DNA from: a virus
IMG/VR virus record: IMGVR_UViG_3300049719_000225
Span: 1 to 64,000 of that record
Length of the DNA: 64,000 bases
Direction: 5' to 3' (one strand)
Part shown: positions 9,760 to 19,042 of the stretch, piece after piece
How positions within the stretch are numbered: the first letter of the stretch is position 1
How the letters are laid out: each line of letters starts with the position of its first letter
Translations under genes and position numbers: made by a program
Notes under the pieces: generated by a model
Databases searched by the model: none
Told to the model about the DNA's origin: nothing
What the model saw: the letters and a program-made list of their open reading frames with translations, nothing else

Positions 9760-10047
9760 TCAGTTAATCAGCGTGCCTGTTCCTGTGGCCCCGGCGTTGG
9801 CGATCATGTCCGCCGTGATCGTGATCGGGTTGTACGCCACCTGGATCTTCATCGGCCCTACTGTGAGCAGCTTGGCCGAGGCCTGGGTGTTGTACTTGAT
9901 GTTGCGCATCGTGGAGATCGGGATTGGCTTTCCGATGCCAATGGAGGGAGGGGTTACCTCAATCTCGTAGAAGAGCGGCGTTGCGTCGCTCGCAAAGGAT
10001 ACCAGGGTCTGATATCCGTCGGTTAGGAAGTGTCCAGTGCCTGACAT
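9760..10047 (-). pseudogene. Truncated fragment resembling a siphovirus-type tail tube protein
   Basis: DGYQTLVSF...EVTPPSIG...IPISTMRN...AYNP, ends abruptly at 95 aa; follows the foreign-looking fibre tip. Confidence 0.4.
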
Positions 10048-10087
10048 GGTAGTTTATTTGTTGATTGTTGCTGCTCGAGAAAAGCGG

Positions 10088-11959
10088 TTACTCGTTCCAA
10101 TAGGTGCCGTCCCACGTTAGCTCCTGCGTCGCGCCGTTCGCCAGCGTGAACGAACTAACAAGGGACCCGGACGTGTTGTAAATGATCGAGGAGCCTGCCT
10201 GCACGGTCACGGTCCCGGCGGCCTGGTTCTTAATCTTGCAATGGGCGAACAGGATCGGGGATGCCGGAAGGTTCTGCGTAGTGGGCCCGGACGCCGTGAT
10301 GATGTTGAGCGCGTTGATCGCCAGCGTCCCACCGCTCGTCGAAGTCTTGAGGGTAATCCCAACGCCTGGCGACGTGACTGTGAAAGTCGAAGGCGACGTG
10401 ACCACGAAGAAGGGAGACGAGGTCGTCCCGCCGAGGCCGTTCGGGAGCGAGGAGATGTCCGAGTAAACGTTGTAAGGCCCCGTCCACTCCTCGTCCGGGA
10501 TTCGGCAGTTTGCGAGGTAGACCGTCGCGGTGTCCAGCGCGGTTCCGGCGGTCCCCTTGATGCCGTACTCGTTCGTCACTTGGTTGTGCCACGCGCAGGA
10601 GTAGAATTGCGCGACTGGAGACCGTCCGTGATTCCCGGTCTCCAGGCTGAGGACGTTGAACTCGCAGCCTATGAAGACGTTGAGGTCCATCAGCTCCGTG
10701 ACCCCGAGGTCGTTCATCACGCAGTTTCGGAAGGTCATCTGGCCCCCGTTGCCGCCGCACTGGATCGTCCAATTGTCGAAGAAGGAGTTGTCCGCGAACA
10801 GAAATGGATTGATCACCCTGACGGGTTGGAAGGAGAACGAGTTCTGGATCGTAACGTTGACGAACCCGAAGAACGCGCCGTCGAAATAGAGACCCCCGAT
10901 CCCCTCCCAGATGGGATTGTTGTTCACGTTCGCGATAGATGTCAGGGAGTGGCCGTCCGATCCCTGCCCCATCAGCACCGTGTACGGGGTCATCGCGACC
11001 GTCTCGTTGTAGAATCCCGGCCCGACTTGGATCGCGTAGGAATGGGTCGACGATAGATTCGCCTTGTCCGCGACGATCACCGCGATCGCGGGAGCGATGG
11101 ACGCGAAGGGGTTGATCACGCTCCCGTTCCCCGTCGAGTCGCTCCCCATTCTCTGATCAACGTAGAGTGTGGAACCAATGAACTGCGAACTGCCAGCGGT
11201 CGATATAACGCCGGAGCCATTGACCGTAATCGTTGAGCCATCCGGACGAACGGAACCCAGCGTGCTGTTGGTTGCCACGGGCACTGAAATCACGCCTGAG
11301 CCATTGACCGTGATTGTTGCATTGTCCGGTTTAACAATGCCTTTGGTGGAGCTGGTCGCCGTGGGCACTGATATGGTGCCGGATGAAACCGTAACAGTGC
11401 TCCCATCCGGAATGACGGCTCCGGCAGCCCCCGTAGTGGCAAGCGGCAGGTCCGCCGCTACCAGCAGTCTATACGACGGCGTCCCAGAACCCCCCAAGGT
11501 GGGTCCCGCCCAGATGTAGTTGGCAGACGTGGTGCTCAAAGAGAACGTGAGTGCCGGGGACGTTGTAGGGCTGCCTCCAAGCGCCGTGGTGAACAGACCT
11601 GTGGCGTTGCCAGAAGTGAAGCTAGTCAATCCCCCACCCCCTCCTCCGCTGGGGGCTATCCAGGACCTGGTGCCGTTGGTAAGCGACGACAGCAAGAAGC
11701 CGTTCGTGCCGGGGTTCCCCAGGGCTGGCTCCGGCGTGAAGTCGGTCAGCGCGTTGAAGTCAGAGGCGATCACGTCGTACAGCACCGTACGGACCTGCAA
11801 GGCCGTGATGCCACCGGACTGACCACTGGCTAGTTGACTGGTTACCTCGGCTGCCAAGGCAGCGCGATTCTTAGGCGTCCCCTGCGCCAAGATCGGGGAG
11901 GCGATGAGTGCCGATAGGGCAACACCGACGAGTGCGTTATAGATTTTCTTAGTGTTCAT
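10088..11959 (-). CDS. Fibre/spike-like receptor-binding protein with beta-helix region and N-terminal signal-like peptide
   Basis: G/S/T-rich shaft with AT...G.V.PD..T.TV repeats, YVDQRMGSDSTGNGS..NPFASI entry motif, ends WDGTYWNE. Confidence 0.7.
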   Translation of the reverse strand: MNTKKIYNALVGVALSALIASPILAQGTPKNRAALAAEVTSQLASGQSGGITALQVRTVLYDVIASDFNALTDFTPEPALGNPGTNGFLLSSLTNGTRSWIAPSGGGGGGLTSFTSGNATGLFTTALGGSPTTSPALTFSLSTTSANYIWAGPTLGGSGTPSYRLLVAADLPLATTGAAGAVIPDGSTVTVSSGTISVPTATSSTKGIVKPDNATITVNGSGVISVPVATNSTLGSVRPDGSTITVNGSGVISTAGSSQFIGSTLYVDQRMGSDSTGNGSVINPFASIAPAIAVIVADKANLSSTHSYAIQVGPGFYNETVAMTPYTVLMGQGSDGHSLTSIANVNNNPIWEGIGGLYFDGAFFGFVNVTIQNSFSFQPVRVINPFLFADNSFFDNWTIQCGGNGGQMTFRNCVMNDLGVTELMDLNVFIGCEFNVLSLETGNHGRSPVAQFYSCAWHNQVTNEYGIKGTAGTALDTATVYLANCRIPDEEWTGPYNVYSDISSLPNGLGGTTSSPFFVVTSPSTFTVTSPGVGITLKTSTSGGTLAINALNIITASGPTTQNLPASPILFAHCKIKNQAAGTVTVQAGSSIIYNTSGSLVSSFTLANGATQELTWDGTYWNE

Positions 11960-12909
11960 GTTGCTTTATTGAAGTCGCTGCTGAAGTCGCTGCCAAAGTC
12001 CGGCCCTGACGGCGGGGCGGAGCTGCCTGTGGGCAAGTTTGAGCGCAGGGCCAGCACTGGATTCTGCTGCGCAAGGTTCCCACTGTTCAACAGATAGAGG
12101 GTGGTGAGTTCCAGGGGGCTTGGGTTGTTCTGCGTGATTGACAGACCCATGTACCATGCTGTTGGCACGATGAAGCTTGTCCGATCAGGGTAGTAACCCT
12201 CAATCGACACCGTGAAGCTGGTGTGGTACATCACGATGTTGCCCTCAGGGGCGGACTGACTCTCCGTCAAGTTGCTCGTATCGCTGGTCTGGATGAGACG
12301 CACGTTTTGGGTGCCATGCGTGACAGGGTAGGGGACAGTCACCCATGTCTGCCTCGTGCCTGCTGAGCTTACCCGAAATGCCTGCGCGAGTTGCTCGTAG
12401 AAAATGGCCTGAGTTTCGGGCTTCTGGCACCAGAAATCCACTTGGAAATTGAACTCGGCAGCCTGCGAATATCTCACCTGCTGCACATTGCCGAGTTGGT
12501 TGATGGATGTCTTGGCAGGATTGCCCGCAGTCACCCAGGCATACGTGCGATTCACCCTGGTGCTAGCCGTGAGATCGGGCCTGTACTTGTCCCCCGTGAA
12601 AACAAAGCTGATGAGAGGGGTGACGATGTTTTGAGGCCATACTCCCAGGGCTTGTGCGTTTGTGCTTTTCAGGTAATCGAGACTGTTCGTGTCCGTCCAC
12701 AGCCTCCTGAACTCGGCGAAGGCGTCCATCGGGACGGCATACACCACGGGGATAGGGAATCCCTCACGAAGCAGGAAATTCCTATAAAACCAGCGTCTGA
12801 GGGCGAATCCGTGAAGTCTAACGGCGGAAAGGCTTACCTCTTGGAGGTTGCCTGGTATCTCAACACCGTTGAGCGCCACATCAGCTTGCAGTATTTGGGT
12901 GTAGGCCAC
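11956..12909 (-). CDS. Tail completion/neck protein (gp15-like)
   Basis: IPVVYA, TPLISF, FNFQVDFW, YHTSFTVSIEGY; late motif 3 nt upstream. Confidence 0.6.
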   Translation of the reverse strand: MAYTQILQADVALNGVEIPGNLQEVSLSAVRLHGFALRRWFYRNFLLREGFPIPVVYAVPMDAFAEFRRLWTDTNSLDYLKSTNAQALGVWPQNIVTPLISFVFTGDKYRPDLTASTRVNRTYAWVTAGNPAKTSINQLGNVQQVRYSQAAEFNFQVDFWCQKPETQAIFYEQLAQAFRVSSAGTRQTWVTVPYPVTHGTQNVRLIQTSDTSNLTESQSAPEGNIVMYHTSFTVSIEGYYPDRTSFIVPTAWYMGLSITQNNPSPLELTTLYLLNSGNLAQQNPVLALRSNLPTGSSAPPSGPDFGSDFSSDFNKAT

Positions 12910-12922
12910 CCACTAACTAGAC

Positions 12923-13219
12923 TTACAGAGACGGGCCGCTGGCAGGAGCAAGTAGCGTTGAAAGAATGGGAACAACCATTCCACTGGACGTACGTACGTT
13001 CAGGTACTGTTCGCCCTTGTCGCTTGGGCCGACCACTTCCACTTGCAGGCCCTCCAATGCGTAGATGGTATCCGACAGCACCGCCACCTTGTCACCGCTC
13101 TTGTACCGGCGTACGGCTTTGTCTCCATCACCTTCCAACAGGATCTGGTGAGCGGCAAGCTCTGGAGTCGGTTGGGACGAAAGGGCCTTGGAGATTAGGG
13201 CTTCAGTGATGGTTTTCAT
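12923..13219 (-). CDS. Small protein with propeptide-like N-terminus and SH3/KOW-like C-terminus
   Basis: HQILLEG followed by YKSGDKVAV...GLQVEVV; late motif 14 nt upstream. Confidence 0.5.
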   Translation of the reverse strand: MKTITEALISKALSSQPTPELAAHQILLEGDGDKAVRRYKSGDKVAVLSDTIYALEGLQVEVVGPSDKGEQYLNVRTSSGMVVPILSTLLAPASGPSL

Positions 13220-13245
13220 GCGGTCGCTTCGTCCTAACTACTGCG

Positions 13246-13596
13246 CTACGTTTTCAGGACAAGGGCCTGGGCTACAGCCGCAATCATGTCCACAGCGCTG
13301 TACCAGCTCGTGCCCCTGCTACAGGACAGAAGGGTGGATTCCATCGAGGGGTCCCCAGGCGAAAGTGAGAGTGTGCCGTCATCCTTCCATTTTACGGTAA
13401 GGGTGGCACACAATTTTCTGATCATGGGAAGCTCATCCGTTTCCCACCTCTTCTCATCGCCGGAGCGCACTTTTACCTGCTGTCGGATGGCCTCCACGAT
13501 GCGTTCCCTTCCCTCAGGAGACACCATCATCAGGCCCTCAAAGTCGTGGATGAAACTGTAGGTGGTGTATCCGAAGACGCTTTGGCTGTCACTCAT
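13246..13596 (-). CDS. Hypothetical protein
   Basis: 116 aa; ATGA overlap with upstream gene. Confidence 0.55.
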   Translation of the reverse strand: MSDSQSVFGYTTYSFIHDFEGLMMVSPEGRERIVEAIRQQVKVRSGDEKRWETDELPMIRKLCATLTVKWKDDGTLSLSPGDPSMESTLLSCSRGTSWYSAVDMIAAVAQALVLKT

Positions 13597-14231
13597 GGTG
13601 CAGTGAAGGGTCCCTGATCGTTGAACGTCGAAGGCATCGGCTGGGGTAGAACGGGTGTGAATCCAGCCGTCAATGTGGGCTTGTGAGCGCCAGTATTTCT
13701 TCCACCGCCCTGCTCACCTGGATTGATTACCGCCAGGTTTGCAGGAGGTATCGCATCACCGTAGGGAGCGAGAACGCAGGTGACGGTGAGGCTCGTCCAG
13801 ACGCCCGTCTGACCCCAATAAGCCTCAGGAGGAACGCTCACCTCGATGATCGTCAAGCGATAGCCTGTCCAGTACACCTGGTCACCTTGAACGGGAAAGT
13901 AGTTGGCAGCCTGAAGGCCAAGATTGCTGATCCAAAATGTATCGCCACGGGTGGTCACCTTATTCCACCAGAGACGAAATTTCTGGCTGTTGAACGAGTT
14001 GATGGCTGGGATGTTCAACTGACGGCTGAACTGTGTCCTGGGCGATTTGGGCGTGCTCCACATGGGATCCAGTGTGACGCCCACGCTGCGATCTACCTCG
14101 AAGAAGATGGGGGTGGGCTTCGCACTAAACTGCCTGACGTACTCGTCTGCCATCTTCAGGGCCACGGTGGTATCGCCTAATGCACCCAGGTTGGGGTCGT
14201 AGGTGAAGTACGTTCGATCCGTGAAGAGCAT
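13593..14231 (-). CDS. Neck/head-closure protein (gp14-like)
   Basis: TLDPMW, FPVQGDQVYWTGYRLTIIEV, YWGQ; CAGTTAA 3 nt upstream. Confidence 0.6.
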   Translation of the reverse strand: MLFTDRTYFTYDPNLGALGDTTVALKMADEYVRQFSAKPTPIFFEVDRSVGVTLDPMWSTPKSPRTQFSRQLNIPAINSFNSQKFRLWWNKVTTRGDTFWISNLGLQAANYFPVQGDQVYWTGYRLTIIEVSVPPEAYWGQTGVWTSLTVTCVLAPYGDAIPPANLAVINPGEQGGGRNTGAHKPTLTAGFTPVLPQPMPSTFNDQGPFTAP

Positions 14232-14244
14232 GTCTTAACTGGCG

Positions 14245-14616
14245 CTAGAAGGGGTTACCTGCCTTGGCCGCGTTTTCTGCGTGGGTGAGTGCCTGGATGT
14301 TGTTGGCACTGTAGGGCAAATTGTTGTCGATTCGATCCACGGTGAGCGCCGTGCCAGAGGTGCCTTTCAGGAGATGGTACTGCGTGCGCAGGCAAAATTC
14401 TTCAAACTCAGCGAGCGTAAGTTCAAACCCCTTTTTTCTCACCCGTGCACTTGTACGAAGATTGTCGTACAGATAGTGGATTGGATGTCTTTCCCTCCAC
14501 AGGCGTTTTCTACATTTGTGGCACTGGTTCCTATGAGGGGGCTTGGATTTGCGGCAGAAGGGTGTGTCGCACAGATGCTGCGGTTTTCCCTTGGGTCTTT
14601 TGTGGGCGCTCGTCAC
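14245..14616 (-). CDS. HNH homing endonuclease
   Basis: SARVRKKGFELTL, LTVDRIDNNLPYSANNIQALTHAEN; start placed at GTG 10 nt after TATTCT. Confidence 0.75.
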   Translation of the reverse strand: MTSAHKRPKGKPQHLCDTPFCRKSKPPHRNQCHKCRKRLWRERHPIHYLYDNLRTSARVRKKGFELTLAEFEEFCLRTQYHLLKGTSGTALTVDRIDNNLPYSANNIQALTHAENAAKAGNPF

Positions 14617-14638
14617 GAACACAGTTAGAATATCACTA

Positions 14639-15892
14639 ATGATCACTCTTAATGGTATCAACGGTCGTGCGGTTGCTAGGCTGATCATTGGATCCGGCAG
14701 TAGCGCCACTGTTGCCACGACCACACCGGGACCTGTCACCTACATTACCGGAACCTATCTTAGGGATGCAGACGGGTGGAGTGTTTACAACCACGAGGTG
14801 AAATTCCTTAATGAGACGGACTACAATACGGCGATGGTTCAGCTGAGCACCCTCAGGCGCTTCAAATTTCAGACGGGGCTGGACAACGGTGGAACCATAA
14901 ATTGGTCGCCGTTGCAGACTCAGGTGCTCGTGAGCTACAAGGCCGACGCCTCAAGTGCAGGAAAATCTGGCCCTGGTTTCCTGGCGGTCATCACGGGATC
15001 TGATCTTCTGTACTCAGGAGCTATCTGGTACCGCACACGTTCCTGGCGAGGTACGGCCAACGACATTATAGGAGAAGTTGGTCAGTCATTCGGGCTCACC
15101 CCAAACATACAGCCCGCACTTACCTCGCCGCAAGTGACACTTTTGCAATGTTACGAGCCCTGCTTGGATTTCATGAGGAGGGTCATTAACAGCTATCTTC
15201 TGGGACAGAGCGCCAATGACGTGACACTTGCGGCTCATGCAGACACTCTGATGGTGGGGGCGGTAGGTTGGTCTGAGTGGCCAAGGTACTTGATCAATTA
15301 TCCAGGAGATGGTGTCTCTGGTTTGGAGCACGTTGACCATGAGAAAGACCTGAGGTACCCGGGATGCAGACAGGTCACGGGTGTGCATTACAATCCAACA
15401 ACAGGCAGCCTGAACAGTGTGACCGTTGACATATCCACCTCTGTCACAAGACTGGCCGCCTTCGATCCACCGGGAGACCCTGCGGCTATTTTCACACACG
15501 GGCGACATTCATTGCCAGTCAGTTCAGCAACTTTCTGGTCCAGGACATACGCAGAGGCCAACCTGAACCAGCTGGGGGCAGCACTGAATGTCGTGGGTCC
15601 TGACTATCTTCTAGCAGGAGCCCTCCTCACGATCAACATGGCGCTTCCCAATGACCCCTTTGCGGGCATATACCAGGTATCCCAGGTGTACACAGAGATA
15701 CGGGGTGGTGAAGCAAAGAGCCGTGTAACTCTGCGCAGAGGGTACTTCAATGCGGCACAGATAACGGCTCCGGGTTCTCCCCCTGAAGCTGAAGCTGCCT
15801 CCCCGGGCGCCACGTTCAGCACTAACACCAGCCTTGTTGGAAGCGGCGTTTCTGTTCCCATCCAATCCGCTGGCAATCCCTTCGGAACCTGA
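14639..15892 (+). CDS. Baseplate hub protein (gp27/GPD-like)
   Basis: RTRSWRGTANDII, LLQCYE..LDFM, VVGPDYLLAG..., FAGIYQVSQV; start after CAGTTAG at 14622. Confidence 0.65.
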   Translation: MITLNGINGRAVARLIIGSGSSATVATTTPGPVTYITGTYLRDADGWSVYNHEVKFLNETDYNTAMVQLSTLRRFKFQTGLDNGGTINWSPLQTQVLVSYKADASSAGKSGPGFLAVITGSDLLYSGAIWYRTRSWRGTANDIIGEVGQSFGLTPNIQPALTSPQVTLLQCYEPCLDFMRRVINSYLLGQSANDVTLAAHADTLMVGAVGWSEWPRYLINYPGDGVSGLEHVDHEKDLRYPGCRQVTGVHYNPTTGSLNSVTVDISTSVTRLAAFDPPGDPAAIFTHGRHSLPVSSATFWSRTYAEANLNQLGAALNVVGPDYLLAGALLTINMALPNDPFAGIYQVSQVYTEIRGGEAKSRVTLRRGYFNAAQITAPGSPPEAEAASPGATFSTNTSLVGSGVSVPIQSAGNPFGT

Positions 15893-16408
15893 TTAGGAAC
15901 CGGCCACGATCTGCGGAGACGTGATATTGCTGAGGGATCCGAACGCTGGAGGATAGTTGCCTGCGATGAGATACTGCGGGTAGAGTACTTCCACCTTTGA
16001 GAAGCCTTCGAGTGTCCAATCCATTTGGCTGCACATCTGAGCCCTGATCTCCGTTGGCCCGCCACCGACGCAGCTCATCTCCACCCAGTGGGCCTGGGGG
16101 ATCACTGTGGAATAGGCCATGCCGCCAGCCACGAGTGTGACAGGGTTGCCAAGCTGTACGCGAGGTCCACTGGCCAAATTGTCCGTCTGGACAAGCTGCA
16201 CCGTGGCAGACACAAGACCGTCGTTGGCGTACGTGATATTGACCGATTGGTAGCCGCTGACCACCGGATTGCTAGTCGGGTACCCTGAGGTCGCAAGTGC
16301 AAGGTTGGCTTGCATGCGGGCCGTGGAATACCCGCTGACCAGCGGGATACCGCGCCAGGTGGCAACCTTTTGGATGGGTGAACCGTAAACTCCAGGATAT
16401 ACAGGCAT
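15893..16408 (-). CDS. Virion protein with sheath-like N-terminal MPVYPGVY
   Basis: 171 aa, beta-rich, resembles 2044..2403. Confidence 0.55.
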   Translation of the reverse strand: MPVYPGVYGSPIQKVATWRGIPLVSGYSTARMQANLALATSGYPTSNPVVSGYQSVNITYANDGLVSATVQLVQTDNLASGPRVQLGNPVTLVAGGMAYSTVIPQAHWVEMSCVGGGPTEIRAQMCSQMDWTLEGFSKVEVLYPQYLIAGNYPPAFGSLSNITSPQIVAGS

Positions 16409-16417
16409 GGTGGTAGA

Positions 16418-17806
16418 TTATTCCGGGTCGTCCTCGTCGTCCTCTTCGCCTTCTACGCCCTCTTCGTCTTCGGCGGCGGCGTCAACCCGCCCATCGTTGT
16501 TTGTGAGGTCCTCACCCTCATCACCCTCTGAGGGAAGCGGAAGCTCATCAATGGCATCGGGCTCTCCCTCGGCCTCGCCGCTTGTCAGATCAACTGGGGT
16601 AGCATTGTCAGGGAGCTTGAAGCCGTCCTCATCGCCACCGGCAAGCTCACTGCCACCATTGACAGCCAGCAACTCCTTGAGAAGGTCACGAATGTCACCG
16701 AGGAGCGTGATCTGGTCCTCACCCCCACCGTCCTGCCCGTCCTCGACGGGGGTCTCGGCGGGGTTGTCCAAATCGAATCCGCGTGCCTCAGCCTCCCCAG
16801 CAAGTGCTTCGGCAGCCTCCTCATATAGTTTCTTCATGTTCCTAACTACCGCCTCGAAACTCTCGGGAGTGTTTGTGCCCCTGAGCTGTCTGATAGGGCC
16901 TGGGCGGACCATGTTTCCGCGGCCGCGGTGCGCTCCGATCATCTTCGGGTTAGGCTCATCGGGTTCGGGAAGTTCGGGGGGCATTGCGTTCGGGTTGAGC
17001 ACCTGACCGCGGCGGATACGTCCCGGCCGCACCTCGTTGCCCCGCCCCGAGTGGGCTCCAATAATGTCTGGATCAGGAAGCTCTGGAGGAAGCTCGCGGC
17101 CTCTCGGCCCCTCACGGCGCTCTCTTTCCACGGACTGTTCCCGCTCCCTCTCAGCCCTCTTGGCTGCACCGAGTGCTGAAATGGCAGGTTCCACACGGCC
17201 CCTTGAGGGAAGTTTTGGAGCCTGCAACTGAGCGGGGCTGCCACGGAATGGTGCGGGCTTGGTGATGACTGGCTCATCTTCACCACCTTCGGGTGGGTTG
17301 ATGACAGAGCGATTGGTGAGTGTGACGAGCCGTCCAAGACGCTCCGGTGCCTTGAGCGTGCGAGGCATCTTGTAAACCAGGTCCCCAAGATAGTCCTTGA
17401 CGGCAATCAGGTGCTTGCAGAGGCCGGGCTGGTTGGTCGGATTGGTGATCCTGGGAGCCCGGTTGAACGCCTTGTTGTAGCTGCTGGGTCCTACTCGTGA
17501 TGCTCCCCGCTGTTTGTTGCTCCATGCAAAGCGGTACTTGAAATCGGGACAGTCACAATCCACCTCGCAGTCGATGTCCTTGAGAGGGGTGTCTGCACTC
17601 TTCGGCTTCAGGAAACGAACGTAGCCCACATGTCGTTGTCCTGTGGTGGACGGATAGCTCCTGAAGTTGAAGTGGTAGTAGTTCGAGTCGTCGCCCGTCT
17701 CCAACTTCAGGGACGGACCACGTACGTTCCGCGCCCGCTGTTTACGCTTCGGCTCGGAATAGGCCAGGAGTTGGCGAAAACTCAGCTTCTCGCATAGATA
17801 GGCCAT
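16418..17806 (-). CDS. SWIM-type zinc-finger protein with Pro/Arg repeat linker and acidic C-terminal part
   Basis: CDCPDFKYRF...GLCKHL; two PPELP...IGAH.GRGN.VRPG repeats; internal late motif before MKKLYEE. Confidence 0.65.
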   Translation of the reverse strand: MAYLCEKLSFRQLLAYSEPKRKQRARNVRGPSLKLETGDDSNYYHFNFRSYPSTTGQRHVGYVRFLKPKSADTPLKDIDCEVDCDCPDFKYRFAWSNKQRGASRVGPSSYNKAFNRAPRITNPTNQPGLCKHLIAVKDYLGDLVYKMPRTLKAPERLGRLVTLTNRSVINPPEGGEDEPVITKPAPFRGSPAQLQAPKLPSRGRVEPAISALGAAKRAEREREQSVERERREGPRGRELPPELPDPDIIGAHSGRGNEVRPGRIRRGQVLNPNAMPPELPEPDEPNPKMIGAHRGRGNMVRPGPIRQLRGTNTPESFEAVVRNMKKLYEEAAEALAGEAEARGFDLDNPAETPVEDGQDGGGEDQITLLGDIRDLLKELLAVNGGSELAGGDEDGFKLPDNATPVDLTSGEAEGEPDAIDELPLPSEGDEGEDLTNNDGRVDAAAEDEEGVEGEEDDEDDPE

Positions 17807-18579
17807 CAGTGGTGGAGTCTCTTTTCCCTCTCTGCACGCCCCAGAAGCGCACAGAGATCCTCACCCGTGAAAGGTCCATCCTGGCTAGCGCTCCAGCCTA
17901 CGAAAACGTGGAGATTGTCAGGTATCTCGAAGAAGAGTTTCAGTTGTGCAACGAGACTATTCTCTGCGTCATCGAGGGTTCCCTTATCCCGGCAAATAAC
18001 CTGCTTCAGTTTGTAGTCTGAGTCACCAGCGAAAAGAATGCCGCCGTAGTCGAGATACTGGTCAAGGGCCGCGGTTCCCTTGCCCTTTCCCTTCTGGAGA
18101 CAGTGGTCCATGGCGTCATCGAAATTGCTGCCAGAGCCCACGACGTTGCGCCCATTTTCATCGGCAAGCATGACAATGGCAGGCCCTTTCAGGGAGTAGT
18201 CGTTGTCCAGGGTTCCGACCAGGTCCTGGTAGTCCTTGCGCCCGCTGACCCACTGAGTGTAGGAATCTTTGGTGCCCTTCTTGAGGCCTGGATCCGTGCG
18301 AGGAAGATTCGGCGTACCCTGCTGACGTTTTGACTGCTGTGCGTAGGGTGACGAGTACACCTTCACCTTCTGGCCCCCGACATCCAAGTCCCGCACGCCG
18401 CTTCTGGCACGGAGGTGGGAATACCTCTGACTCGGAGCCTCGAAGAGCCGGTCGATCAGACGACGGGTGACGCTCTCCTTCACGTTCTCGGGTTCTTTCC
18501 GGGCATCAATGCGCGGCCTGCGGCGGCGGATAAAACCACCCAACACGGGCATCACGTTCGCACAGGGATCAACGCTCAT
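17806..18579 (-). CDS. Putative head-packaged protein
   Basis: ESVTRRLIDRLFEA; TACTTAT motif variant 5 nt upstream. Confidence 0.5.
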   Translation of the reverse strand: MSVDPCANVMPVLGGFIRRRRPRIDARKEPENVKESVTRRLIDRLFEAPSQRYSHLRARSGVRDLDVGGQKVKVYSSPYAQQSKRQQGTPNLPRTDPGLKKGTKDSYTQWVSGRKDYQDLVGTLDNDYSLKGPAIVMLADENGRNVVGSGSNFDDAMDHCLQKGKGKGTAALDQYLDYGGILFAGDSDYKLKQVICRDKGTLDDAENSLVAQLKLFFEIPDNLHVFVGWSASQDGPFTGEDLCALLGRAEREKRLHH

Positions 18580-18598
18580 CTTCTATAAGTACCAACCC

Positions 18599-19042
18599 AT
18601 GACATCCCCAAGTCTCACCGATCTCTCTTTCAATGTCTGGTACGAACAGGGCACTCGGGAATGGTGTGCCAGGGTGAAGGAGCTGCCCATGAAGCTGGTA
18701 GCCAAGGCCGCCAGCCCTGCTGAGGCCCTGGTCGCCCTGAACCACCATGTAAACGAATTGCTGGCTCACTTAGACCCCAGGCAGCCTGAGTTTTCCACGA
18801 TCACGGGCCTCGACTGGGAGGTGGCGATGCAACGGGCGAAGGTGACTCCGAATGAGATTCATGAATCTATAAGGAACAGGAGTCTGTCTGCCTTGAAAGA
18901 TGATGGGGAATCTGTAGCCAAGAGGGTTCTCGAAAAGATGGAGGATACGGGTAATGTGTTTACATCCACACCGGGGGAGCGAGCATGGTTCGTTCTTGGT
19001 TTCCAGAAGGGTGTAGAAGTATCCCTGGGGACTGACCTTTGA
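18599..19042 (+). CDS. Protein with HicB-like N-terminal fold
   Basis: FNVWYEQGTREWCARVKELP...AKAASPAEAL. Confidence 0.45.
   Translation: MTSPSLTDLSFNVWYEQGTREWCARVKELPMKLVAKAASPAEALVALNHHVNELLAHLDPRQPEFSTITGLDWEVAMQRAKVTPNEIHESIRNRSLSALKDDGESVAKRVLEKMEDTGNVFTSTPGERAWFVLGFQKGVEVSLGTDL

Noticed and set aside
14543-14739. Overlapping N-terminal extensions given by the ORF track (also 5972-6020, 39117, 41796, 43469, 47600-47896)
   Set aside because: Upstream motifs and gene packing support shorter, non-overlapping starts
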